From Prochlorococcus sp. scB243_495L20 (GTDB taxonomy: Bacteria; Cyanobacteriota; Cyanobacteriia; PCC-6307; Cyanobiaceae): a DNA stretch of 64,000 nucleotides. Shown piece by piece: positions 43,923 through 52,778 of the stretch. The DNA lies in assembly GCA_000634215.1 (NCBI GenBank), contig JFLX01000113.1, positions 899 through 64,898 of the forward strand, in the 5' to 3' direction. Both the position numbers and the translations under genes were made by a program. The notes under the pieces are model-generated. The model ran no database searches, was not told the origin of the DNA, and saw only the letters and a list, made by a program, of their open reading frames with translations. Position 1 is the stretch's first letter. Each line of letters begins with the position of its first letter.

Positions 43923-45509
43923 TTATAGAGTAACTGGATTAGCGTTGGTAATCCCATCTACTTCAATAATGGTATCAAGCAACTTATTAGGTATTGGATC
44001 ATCAATACTTAGAACCATAACAGCTTCCCCTCTAACAATTTTGCGCCCAACTTGCATTGAGGCAATATTTACATTGTTGCTACCTAATAAAGACCCCAGC
44101 TTGCCAATAATGCCAGGCATATCTCTGTGCCTAGTAACCAACATATATCTGCTCGGTGATACATTAACTGGGTATTGATCAATACTAATAATTCTTAATT
44201 CCCCATCAGCAAAAATGCTTCCCGCTACGCTATGGTCACCGTTATCTCCATAAGTGGTTAGCTGAAGCGACCCACTAGCAAATTCAGGTCTCGCCTCATC
44301 TTTATTCTCGACTACCGAAATACCTCTTGAATCTGCTTCTAGAGAAGCATTCACATAATTAATCCTATCCCCCAAAGCTTTACTTAGAAGGCCTTTTAGA
44401 CTAGCTATTATTAATGGCTGAGAAGGATGTTGAACAAATTCACCTTGAAGCTTTACTTCTAGTTTTTGGATCTGCCCACCTGAAAGCTGGCTTATAAGTA
44501 GACCCATTGTTTCAGCCAACTGCAAATGAGGTTTTAGACTATCCATAATGTCAGGGCTCAAACCTGGAATATTTACTGCAGTTCTAGCAGATAAACCTAG
44601 CAACACATCTCTTATTTGTTCTGCAACATCAACAGCTACATTTTCTTGTGCTTCCCGTGTAGATGCTCCTAAATGTGGGGTAAGTATAAGATTCTTTTCA
44701 ACCTTCAAAAGTGGTGAATTAGATTCCAAAGGTTCTTTAGAAAAGACATCTATTGCAGCACCTGCAATCAATGATTGATTTAAAGCTTGTGCCAATGCCT
44801 CTTCATCAATTAAGCCTCCTCGAGCACAATTAATCAATTTTGCGCTACTTTTCATATTTTTAAGTACATCTATATTTACTAAATTCTCTGTCTCTGGTGT
44901 GCGAGGTAAATGCAAAGTTACATAATCAGATTGTTTGAATAAATCCTCTAGTTCTGAAAGTTTAACTTGTATTTGTTGAGCTCTTTCAGTTGATACAAAG
45001 GGATCGTATCCGTAAACTTCCATTCCTAATGCATTAGCAACTTTCGCTACATGTGCACCAATTTTCCCTAAACCTACTACACCTAATTTTTTCTCATAAA
45101 GCTCATTCCCAACGAATTTCTTTCTTTCCCATTTACCTGACAAAGTACTACTATTAGCAATTGGAATATGTCTAGATAAGGCTAACATCATAGCTATAGT
45201 ATGTTCAGCCGCAGCTATTGTGTTACCCCCTGGAGAATTAACAACAAGGACTCCTTTTTGCGTAGCAGCCTTAACATCTACATTATCGACTCCAACTCCC
45301 GCTCTCCCAATGATTCTCAGTTTACTTGAAGAGTTAATAATCTCTTCAGTCACTTGAGTACCAGAGCGAATCATTAAAGCATCATAATCTTTAATAATGG
45401 AAGCTAGCTCAGAGTCTGATATTCCTATCTTCTGATCAACCTGAGCAACTTGCGAAAGAATATCGATTCCTGTTTGATCAATTGGATCTGTAATGAGAAC
45501 TTTTGTCAT
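43923..45509 (-). CDS. serA: D-3-phosphoglycerate dehydrogenase
   Basis: [37 protein letters not shown]-terminal ACT domain. Confidence 0.97.
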   Translation of the reverse strand: MTKVLITDPIDQTGIDILSQVAQVDQKIGISDSELASIIKDYDALMIRSGTQVTEEIINSSSKLRIIGRAGVGVDNVDVKAATQKGVLVVNSPGGNTIAAAEHTIAMMLALSRHIPIANSSTLSGKWERKKFVGNELYEKKLGVVGLGKIGAHVAKVANALGMEVYGYDPFVSTERAQQIQVKLSELEDLFKQSDYVTLHLPRTPETENLVNIDVLKNMKSSAKLINCARGGLIDEEALAQALNQSLIAGAAIDVFSKEPLESNSPLLKVEKNLILTPHLGASTREAQENVAVDVAEQIRDVLLGLSARTAVNIPGLSPDIMDSLKPHLQLAETMGLLISQLSGGQIQKLEVKLQGEFVQHPSQPLIIASLKGLLSKALGDRINYVNASLEADSRGISVVENKDEARPEFASGSLQLTTYGDNGDHSVAGSIFADGELRIISIDQYPVNVSPSRYMLVTRHRDMPGIIGKLGSLLGSNNVNIASMQVGRKIVRGEAVMVLSIDDPIPNKLLDTIIEVDGITNANPVTL

Positions 45510-45608
45510 TTAAGATTGGTTCTTTAATCTTTTACTTTAACTTAATCTATAGTGTATGTATCTTATTTTATTAATTTGAATAACACACAAACATTTGAGG
45601 ATTGAAAT

Positions 45609-46175
45609 TTGACTAAAAGTATTGTGATATTTGAAGACATTGATAAATGTATCCAACTTTTTGAAGTTTTCAAAGAAAAATCAGTAATGCTTTCTGAAGC
45701 TATTTTGATCCCACCAAAAAGTGAGAAAATATCATCAGATGAAACAGAATTGCTAAATGCGAAAGCAAATATCCTATTCAAATCTCTGAATTTTGAAGAT
45801 ATAAGAATTTTAAATCCAAAACTTGATAGAGAGATTAGACAAAAAGAAATGAGTATATGGCTAATGCCATTTGGTTTTATAGCTGGAATAGCTTTTTCTA
45901 ATATGACAAATTTATCTACTTTCAGTTTTCTTGGTTTGAATAACATCGGTGAATCCCTCATTGGAGGACTTTTAGGAATGGGTTCAGGCTATTTAGGTAG
46001 TGTTGTTTCTTCTGCGAGTATCAACATTAATAGAAATAAAGAGTTGCGATCAATTATTAATTTTAATAAAGAGGGTAAATGGCTTGTTCTGCTTGAAAAT
46101 CAAATTGGGACTGAATTACCTTGGGGTTTAATAAAACAATCAGAAGCAAAAGATGTAATTTTTTTAGAAGGATAA
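45609..46175 (+). CDS. Conserved cyanobacterial hypothetical membrane protein
   Basis: 188 aa with two Gly-rich hydrophobic helices; abuts the downstream S4 gene. Confidence 0.72.
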   Translation: MTKSIVIFEDIDKCIQLFEVFKEKSVMLSEAILIPPKSEKISSDETELLNAKANILFKSLNFEDIRILNPKLDREIRQKEMSIWLMPFGFIAGIAFSNMTNLSTFSFLGLNNIGESLIGGLLGMGSGYLGSVVSSASININRNKELRSIINFNKEGKWLVLLENQIGTELPWGLIKQSEAKDVIFLEG

Positions 46176-46967
46176 ATGATTGACTTAAAAGAAATCTTAA
46201 TAAATTCAAACTACAAAAAAGAAACTGAGGAATTAATAAATGTTGCTAACTTAGCTTACAAACACTGGGAAACTTATTGGACTAGTTTTAATTCAACTTA
46301 TGTTTGCGAGGAGATTTTAAAAGATTTTGAAAATTTAAATGATTTCAAGTTTCTTATTTATGGAGGATTCTCCTCTTCTCAAAGATCTAGGATAGCTTGC
46401 TTTAGAGGAGATAGCATTCCTGAAGAGGATACGCTAAAAAGTAATTTTCCAGCTCAAGGAATAAAAATTAATGGTAATTTTTTATTTGATAATGCTACAC
46501 AAGATGACTTTAGATCCCTCTTAATTGAAAATGGGGTAAATCAAAGCAAAGTAGGAGATATATGGACCATTGGCGATAGGGGAGCTCAAGGGATAATTGA
46601 TAATTTAGATATTGAGCATCTAGATGAAAAGATTTTTTATTTAAGAGACGTAAAAGTAAAAATTAATTTAGTAGGTAGAGATGAATTACAAATACCTTCT
46701 GGAAGAACAAAAAAACTTGTCAATACAGTAGAAGCTTCAACAAGATTAGATGCTATAGCTTCAGCTGGCTTTAGGGTATCACGAACCAAAATCATTGAAA
46801 GGATAGAAAATGGAATGCTCAGATTAAATGGAAGCAAAGTTAATAAACCAACTATTAATCTAAAAATTGGCGACAAACTAGAACTTGAAAATAAAGGATT
46901 TATCGAAATTCTAAATTTAGAAATAACCAAAAGAGAACGATGGAAAGTTAAATTACTTAGAAAATGA
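46176..46967 (+). CDS. Photosystem II S4-domain protein (YlmH/Sll1252 family)
   Basis: GGFSSSQRSR, ASTRLDAIASAGFRVSR (S4 domain), ITKRERW. Confidence 0.88.
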   Translation: MIDLKEILINSNYKKETEELINVANLAYKHWETYWTSFNSTYVCEEILKDFENLNDFKFLIYGGFSSSQRSRIACFRGDSIPEEDTLKSNFPAQGIKINGNFLFDNATQDDFRSLLIENGVNQSKVGDIWTIGDRGAQGIIDNLDIEHLDEKIFYLRDVKVKINLVGRDELQIPSGRTKKLVNTVEASTRLDAIASAGFRVSRTKIIERIENGMLRLNGSKVNKPTINLKIGDKLELENKGFIEILNLEITKRERWKVKLLRK

Positions 46968-47017
46968 AACGCAACCTGCTATTTTCTTATAAGGGGAATA
47001 AAAAATTTCTTCAATTT

Positions 47018-47089
47018 GGGCGATTAGCTCAGTGGTAGAGCACTACCTCGACACGGTAGTGGCCACTGGTTCGAATCCAGTATCGCCCA
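47018..47089 (+). tRNA. trnV: tRNA-Val(GAC)
   Basis: GGGCGATTAGCTCAGTGGTAGAGCACTACCTCGACACGGTAGTGGCCACTGGTTCGAATCCAGTATCGCCCA; CTACC/GGTAG anticodon stem with GAC. Confidence 0.97.
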
Positions 47090-47156
47090 TCAAAACTTTT
47101 GACGACTTAGGTTAGATCCACAGAAAATAATTTCATTTTTTAGATTATTAAAAAAG

Positions 47157-47774
47157 ATGAAACTTAATCAAATAATTAATCTTCACAAGGGGCTCACTGC
47201 ATTTGTTGTGATAGGCCTAATGATTTTTTTTGATAATTTTACAATCGCTCCCTACGTTTATTTAGCTCTGCACGGTACTTATGGATTACTTTGGCTTTTA
47301 AAAGAAAAGATATTCCCAGATCCTTACTTTAGAGAAAAAATCAATTTTTTAACTTCAGTTACTGGTTTTATTTTCCTTGGAAGTTACTGGGTAGCTCCCT
47401 ACATTCTTATCTCATCTCAGAAATCTGTTCCAAATATCGTAATAGCTGCATCTGTATCTATAAATATAATTGGTGTGTTTCTACACTTTGCTAGTGATGC
47501 CCAAAAATATTTTTCTCTTAAATTAAAAAAAAATCTAATTAAAGAAGGATTTTTCAAAAATATAAGGAATACAAATTATCTAGGAGAAATACTGATTTAT
47601 CTATCATTCGCCATACTTTCAATGAGTTTCATACCATTAGTAATTCTTGCGATATTTTTCTCTATAGTTTTTGTGCCAAGAATGATAAAAAAAGATAAAT
47701 CGCTCTCAAAATATGATTCGTTCGAAGAATACAAAAAGAAAAGTGGTCTAATTTTGCCTAAATTAAATGCCTGA
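47157..47774 (+). CDS. DUF1295 / steroid 5-alpha-reductase-like membrane protein
   Basis: Multiple TMs; SDAQK...GFFKNIRNTNYLGEILIY; ends YKKKSGLILP. Confidence 0.75.
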   Translation: MKLNQIINLHKGLTAFVVIGLMIFFDNFTIAPYVYLALHGTYGLLWLLKEKIFPDPYFREKINFLTSVTGFIFLGSYWVAPYILISSQKSVPNIVIAASVSINIIGVFLHFASDAQKYFSLKLKKNLIKEGFFKNIRNTNYLGEILIYLSFAILSMSFIPLVILAIFFSIVFVPRMIKKDKSLSKYDSFEEYKKKSGLILPKLNA

Positions 47775-48318
47775 TAACAACTTACCCAGTTGGAGGCAAG
47801 ATTTAAAATCTTCTAGAAAAAAAGAGGGCAAATCAACCTCTAATAGATGGATACAGCTTGCAACAGTCAGCGAAGAAAATCAGCCAAGATTAAGAACAGT
47901 CGTTTTTAGAGGATGGCATAAAGATAGTTCAATGATTATTTTTACAGATAGAAGAAGTGAAAAAATTGGGCATTTAAAATCTAACCCTAATGCAGAAATA
48001 TTATGGTTCTTTTTGAAAACCAAATCACAATATAGATTCAAAGGAAAAATACATGAATTAAGTGATAACAAAAATTATTGGGATTTATTATCAGAAAAAT
48101 CAAAATCTTCTTGGTTTTGGGGATCTCCTGGAGAGAAAATAAACCCAGAAGTCCAATCTACTTGTGAAATATTAACCAATCTTCCCAAGTCAGAAAATTT
48201 TGTAGTTCTAAATTTTGAAATCGATTCAGTAGATCTTCTTAAATTAGAACAACCTGTTCATAAACGATATCTTTGGGAAAAGGTTAAGAAATGGGAAAAA
48301 GTTGAAATTAATCCTTAA
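47767..48318 (+). CDS. Pyridoxamine 5'-phosphate oxidase-like FMN-binding protein
   Basis: IQLATV...PRLRTVVFRG...TDRRSEKI...QYRFKG. Confidence 0.85.
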   Translation: MPDNNLPSWRQDLKSSRKKEGKSTSNRWIQLATVSEENQPRLRTVVFRGWHKDSSMIIFTDRRSEKIGHLKSNPNAEILWFFLKTKSQYRFKGKIHELSDNKNYWDLLSEKSKSSWFWGSPGEKINPEVQSTCEILTNLPKSENFVVLNFEIDSVDLLKLEQPVHKRYLWEKVKKWEKVEINP

Positions 48319-48392
48319 ATATTTCTAAATTGTATATTTAGGTTGAAAATCATATAGTGATCAGTCAGTTTTAAAAAAGAAGTATTATTCAT

Positions 48393-48566
48393 ATGAATTT
48401 CTCAGAAATTCCAGAAAACCCTTTTATTTTTTTATCTTGGGTGACCGCTATAGGGCTTTTTTTAAGTCTTTCCGAAGCAACAATTAAGATAAAACTTGAG
48501 AAGAGGAACAGTTATAGAAAAAGGTTAGAACTAATCAATAACCTTTATCCTAAAAAGTTAGCTTGA
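48393..48566 (+). CDS. 57-aa single-TM microprotein (below the ORF-track cutoff)
   Basis: Translated by hand: MNFSEIPENPFIFLSWVTAIGLFLSLSEATIKIKLEKRNSYRKRLELINNLYPKKLA; fills the gap between the PPOX and DoxX genes. Confidence 0.55.
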   Translation: MNFSEIPENPFIFLSWVTAIGLFLSLSEATIKIKLEKRNSYRKRLELINNLYPKKLA

Positions 48567-49109
48567 AGTATCTGAGAGAATGTTCGCTTGCAAAAATTGA
48601 AATAAACCACCTTTGCTTGATTCTTCTTTTACTTCAACTTGCTTGGAAGATTTTACATTTGCTGATGAAACAATTTCCTCTTCATCCTCTGATTTCAAAA
48701 TTCTGATAATTACTTCGTCTAAGGAGAAATTACCAGGCCCTGTTAATGCAATTGAAGTTGCTGAAGCGAAATATAAAAGTAAAAGCTCTAGTAAGAAAAT
48801 ATTAAAACCTGAAGTAACAAGTGCATGGTATATAGCCACAGAAATTGTTCCAACAATTGCCAGAGCTCCGAATCTTGTAGCCAAGCCGATAATTAGTAAC
48901 CAACTACCACCTATTTCTGAGAAAGCCGCTATGTATGATAAAAATATTGGAAATGGAAGATGTAATGGTCTGACAAAAGCATCAGCGAAATTTTCTATAT
49001 TTGCTAATTTCTCATAACCGTGGTGAATAAGAACAGTTCCAGTAATAACTCTAAGAATTAATAAAGCAGTATCTTTGCTAAACGACTTGGTAAGAATTGT
49101 TGAAAGCAC
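48558..49109 (-). CDS. DoxX family membrane protein
   Basis: ILRVITGTVLIHHGYEKL...EIGGSWLLIIGLATRFGA...GPGNFSLD. Confidence 0.9.
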   Translation of the reverse strand: MLSTILTKSFSKDTALLILRVITGTVLIHHGYEKLANIENFADAFVRPLHLPFPIFLSYIAAFSEIGGSWLLIIGLATRFGALAIVGTISVAIYHALVTSGFNIFLLELLLLYFASATSIALTGPGNFSLDEVIIRILKSEDEEEIVSSANVKSSKQVEVKEESSKGGLFQFLQANILSDTSS

Positions 49110-49251
49110 TATTAAAAATTTGTCCTTAAGTAAAAATAACTAGTCACAGTATCCATCGTGGGTCAAAGAGCAAAAGTCGCACCTAAATAAGTATTTATAC
49201 TTACTAACCAAGGAGGTTATTTTCTGATTAGGAATTCAACTAAGCAAAAAA

Positions 49252-50400
49252 TTATTTTTTAGAAAAATTTTCTAAAATTCTCTGATTTATTTTTGGAATA
49301 TTTTCTTTAAATTTAAAAAACCCTCTTTTAGCAAATTTCCAAGCAAATAAATCTTCATCCCTCACAAGATTATAAATTTTTTTATGGTGTAAATTTTTAA
49401 ACTCAGTTATGAAATCATAATTTTCTCCCACTCCAGGATAAATAATGTCTATTTCGTTAGTATTTTTAAAAGTATTTTCTAACGAATAAGGATCAATCTG
49501 TTCAACATTATCAAATTGCTCTAAAAATTCAGAGACCAAATCTTGTTTAAATTTCAATACAGATTCAGACAATGTAATTTGTCTTAGTTCATTTTTTAAA
49601 AGGATAATAAATACTTTTTTATAGCTTGGAAGTAAATTTTTAAGGGTTGCAAGGTGTAGATCATTTTCAAACATAATCAGATTATCTGATTTAGGATCCA
49701 TATCATTTTTATAAATCTCATCTTCAAATGGTATTTGATTAGATTCTTCAAGAAAAATTTGTTGATTACTTATTTTTTCTACATTAAATCTATTATTTGA
49801 AAACTTTCTGAGGTTTGACGATGAAAAAAGATATTGTTTTCCCTTCGTTTGCAATCCTCCGACCCATCTCCAGCTAAGGAGATTAGATGAAGCATCTCCA
49901 TCAAAAAGATACTTAAAGAAAAACTTTGCTCCCAATTGCCATGGGAGGCCTAAATTAAATATCCAAGTACTCGCAAACCACATTCTTGTATGGTTATGCA
50001 AATAATTGTACTGCTTTAATTCATGTACCCAAGAATTAAAAAAATCTAATTCTGTATTGCCATTAATTGCACTTTCATATAACTCATAATCAAAGTCGAG
50101 ATTGTTTTCTGAAATAAAATTTCTCCAAACTTTAGGTCTATTTTCCATCCACCCTTTCCAGTAAACTCTCCAAAAAATTTCTTCAACAAATTTAGTTGAA
50201 TTTTTGATTTTGTACTTACTTTTAATATCATGGATCAGATCATATTCCGATAATATTCTATGAGTAATGAAAGGCGATAATTTTGAAACTGAACTTTCAT
50301 TATTTGGCCCAAAATCAAAATTTCTTAATTTTGCATAATCATTGATTTTGTATTTCGCAAAATTTTCCCAGGTATTTTGAGCTTTTAATAAAAAAGACAT
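49252..50400 (-). CDS. Photolyase/cryptochrome-family protein with N-terminal FAD-binding domain (inverted domain order)
   Basis: YAKLRN...SKLSPFIT...EEIFWRVYW...YLHNHTRMWFAS...LFDGDASSN...WRWVGG all lie in the N-terminal half. Confidence 0.85.
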   Translation of the reverse strand: MSFLLKAQNTWENFAKYKINDYAKLRNFDFGPNNESSVSKLSPFITHRILSEYDLIHDIKSKYKIKNSTKFVEEIFWRVYWKGWMENRPKVWRNFISENNLDFDYELYESAINGNTELDFFNSWVHELKQYNYLHNHTRMWFASTWIFNLGLPWQLGAKFFFKYLFDGDASSNLLSWRWVGGLQTKGKQYLFSSSNLRKFSNNRFNVEKISNQQIFLEESNQIPFEDEIYKNDMDPKSDNLIMFENDLHLATLKNLLPSYKKVFIILLKNELRQITLSESVLKFKQDLVSEFLEQFDNVEQIDPYSLENTFKNTNEIDIIYPGVGENYDFITEFKNLHHKKIYNLVRDEDLFAWKFAKRGFFKFKENIPKINQRILENFSKK

Positions 50401-50677
50401 TTTCTTATAACTTTAAAAAATTTTTTTTTGTATTGATAGAAATTTCAAAAATTTGCCTTTAAATTGATCCTTAAAATTTACTATTTAACTTTTAAGAAAA
50501 TATGTTTGATTGAAGTATTTAATTTAAACGTCTCATAAGTACATTTTATACTCTTAAATCGCTCACTGCGTAGGAGGATATTGAGTGGTCAATTACTTTT
50601 TAGATCAAATTTTAATTTTCAAATCTTTATTTAAATGATTTTTTCTAAAAGATTTTTAAATATTTATCAAAATTATT

Positions 50678-51427
50678 ATGAATAATTTATTAGTGAGAGA
50701 TGTTAAGTATCTAGATGAACAATACAGAATTGGTGAAGGCATAATTACGGATGATGCATTTAAGCAACTTGAAAAGCTCTTTATACCTGTTGATCGAGAG
50801 CCTGACTACTTTAATCAAAAAAATAATAAACTTTTGCCAAAATTAGCCAAAGAAAACTATAAAGAATTTTTGGAAAGTTTATTAACAAAAACAAGATTAA
50901 GCATTCAACCAAAAATTGATGGCTGTGCTATTGCAATTAGATATCTAGATGGCAAGTTTAATAAAGCTATTACAAAAAAAGGATTTGATGTCTCAAGCAA
51001 AATTAAACAAATTAAAAATGTCCCCGATTGTATTCCTATCAAACGAGATTTTCAAATTAGAGGTGAACTATACGCTACAAACCAAGTTGCCGGCATTTCC
51101 CAAAGAATTACAAGAAAATACCTCAATGATAAGAAAGGGATTGGAGAAAGTCTCCGCTTTTGCTGTTTCCAAATACTTAATGGAAGACTTAATCAATACG
51201 AAACCCTTAACTATCTTAAAAAATGTGGCTTCAGCACCCCTGACAGTTACTTCACAAATCATACAAGCGAAATCCAAATATTTAAAAAAAATTGGTTAGA
51301 GAAAAAAATATTCGCGAAATATCCAACTAATGGGATAGTTGTAAAAATAAATAGTAGGAAATTACAGTTACTTAGAGAGAAAAGTTTATCTCAAAATAAC
51401 GAATGGCAATATGCAATTGAAAAATAA
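50678..51427 (+). CDS. Stand-alone NAD-dependent DNA ligase adenylation (Ia + NTase) domain
   Basis: QPKIDG (motif I), IRGELY (III), FCCFQI (IIIa), TNGIVVK (IV), WQYAIEK (V), then stop; no OB/HhH/BRCT. Confidence 0.8.
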   Translation: MNNLLVRDVKYLDEQYRIGEGIITDDAFKQLEKLFIPVDREPDYFNQKNNKLLPKLAKENYKEFLESLLTKTRLSIQPKIDGCAIAIRYLDGKFNKAITKKGFDVSSKIKQIKNVPDCIPIKRDFQIRGELYATNQVAGISQRITRKYLNDKKGIGESLRFCCFQILNGRLNQYETLNYLKKCGFSTPDSYFTNHTSEIQIFKKNWLEKKIFAKYPTNGIVVKINSRKLQLLREKSLSQNNEWQYAIEK

Positions 51428-51535
51428 TATTAAATAGTACCTTCAATAAGAGCTCACGATACTGACTTCCAGTATTTACAGTGGAAAAGTAATTAAATTT
51501 TGGTTAAATTCCAAAGCAATTTCCAGGATTACTAA

Positions 51536-52465
51536 ATGACTGCCACCATTTCAAGACCTAAAATCTCTAACTGGGAAACATCTAATATTCCAATCCTTAC
51601 AGGCAAAACAGCACTAATTACTGGTGCGAATAGTGGTCTTGGATACTACACTGCAAAGGCCTTAGCAGAAAAAAATGCTCATGTTGTTATAGCTTGTAGA
51701 TCACTTGAAAAAGCTAATCAAACTATCAAAAAACTTAAAGGTCTTAATCCTGAAGGATTATTTACACCTTTAGAATTAGATTTGTCAGATTTGAAAAATA
51801 TTGTTGAAGTTCAGTCCAAAATTCTTGATAATTTTGAAAATTTGGATTTACTAATCAATAATGCTGGCATTATGCATCCGCCTAAAACTCTTAGTGCCCA
51901 AGGATATGAAATACAATTTGCAGTTAATCATCTAGCTCATATGCTTTTGACTCTAAAGCTACTTCCAATTATTGAAAAAAAAGAAGAATCTAGAATAGTG
52001 ACTGTGACTTCAGGAGCACAATTTTTTGGCAAAGTTGGTTGGAAAAATCTGAAAGCCGAGAACTACTACAACAAATGGGAATCTTACTCCAATAGTAAAT
52101 TGGCAAATGTAATGTTTGCTTTGGAACTAAATGAGAACTTAAAGCACAAAAATATACTTTCTTTAGCTGCTCATCCAGGAATTGCAAAAACAAATCTCTT
52201 TACTGCTCAAAAACCTAACCCTGGTCCATTAGAAACATTCTCATTGGAATTATTTAGTCCTATTTTTCAAACTGCTGAGATGGGTGCTTTACCTCAGCTT
52301 TTTGCAGCTACTTCACCAGACGCAAGAGGCGGTGATCATTATGGTCCTAGATTTAATTTCAGAGGTCATCCAAAACTATCCCCTACTTCTCCTTTCGCCA
52401 TGAATAAAAAAGAAAGAAAAAATTTATGGGAAAAAAGCCTCGAAATACTTAATAACTTCTTATAA
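51536..52465 (+). CDS. Short-chain dehydrogenase/reductase (retinol-DH / WWOX-like)
   Basis: TGANSGLG, LINNAGIM, YSNSK (YxxxK), HPG. Confidence 0.92.
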   Translation: MTATISRPKISNWETSNIPILTGKTALITGANSGLGYYTAKALAEKNAHVVIACRSLEKANQTIKKLKGLNPEGLFTPLELDLSDLKNIVEVQSKILDNFENLDLLINNAGIMHPPKTLSAQGYEIQFAVNHLAHMLLTLKLLPIIEKKEESRIVTVTSGAQFFGKVGWKNLKAENYYNKWESYSNSKLANVMFALELNENLKHKNILSLAAHPGIAKTNLFTAQKPNPGPLETFSLELFSPIFQTAEMGALPQLFAATSPDARGGDHYGPRFNFRGHPKLSPTSPFAMNKKERKNLWEKSLEILNNFL

Positions 52466-52726
52466 ATTTTTCATTTTTACTAACTTTAGAAAATACTTCA
52501 AGATATGTAATTCACTCTCTGAGAGTTTCATAAATTCTGTTAAGGCATCATAATTTTTTTCATCAATTTTTTTTGACAATTGAATAAAACTATCATGGTT
52601 TTCATTAACAAAGCGCTCAGCAATCTGAGACGGAGTTAAACCCTGTTCAATTAATTCACCTGGAGCATTTTTCTCCCAATTTTCATAAAACCAAGAGAAC
52701 CAATATTTTGCAGTATTATCTTCCAT
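52460..52726 (-). CDS. 88-aa acidic hypothetical protein, paralog of 63190..63507
   Basis: ATG ORF; aligns without gaps to the 63190..63507 product. Confidence 0.75.
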   Translation of the reverse strand: MEDNTAKYWFSWFYENWEKNAPGELIEQGLTPSQIAERFVNENHDSFIQLSKKIDEKNYDALTEFMKLSESELHILKYFLKLVKMKNL

Positions 52727-52778
52727 TAATTAACTTTTCTTGGGCGAATACTATTAATAATGAAGAAAAATTTCATGA

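Noticed and set aside
1418-46930. Many 60-150 aa ORFs antisense or out of frame inside core genes (e.g. 1418-1735, 3048-3302, 3579-3869, 14274-14564, 26111-26497, 31490-31939, 46637-46930)
   Set aside because: They are fully nested in well-supported genes, have no motifs, and are typical shadow ORFs.
49192-49199. TATAAATA (T4-like late promoter) on the minus strand
   Set aside because: An all-A/T octamer is expected many times by chance at this base composition.
49191-49204. GTA-N8-TAC (NtcA-like) site upstream of DoxX
   Set aside because: There is no TAN3T -10 box at the usual 22-23 nt spacing on either strand, and the site is better explained by the overlapping shorter palindrome.
50538-50552. 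LexA box as a firm regulatory call
   Set aside because: The spacer is one base too long and the second half-site is imperfect; kept only as a remark.
51428-51535. Possible frameshifted continuation (OB domain) of the ligase fragment
   Set aside because: The frames I read give no LigA OB-like sequence (e.g. VGRTG), and the SDR gene starts 108 nt later.
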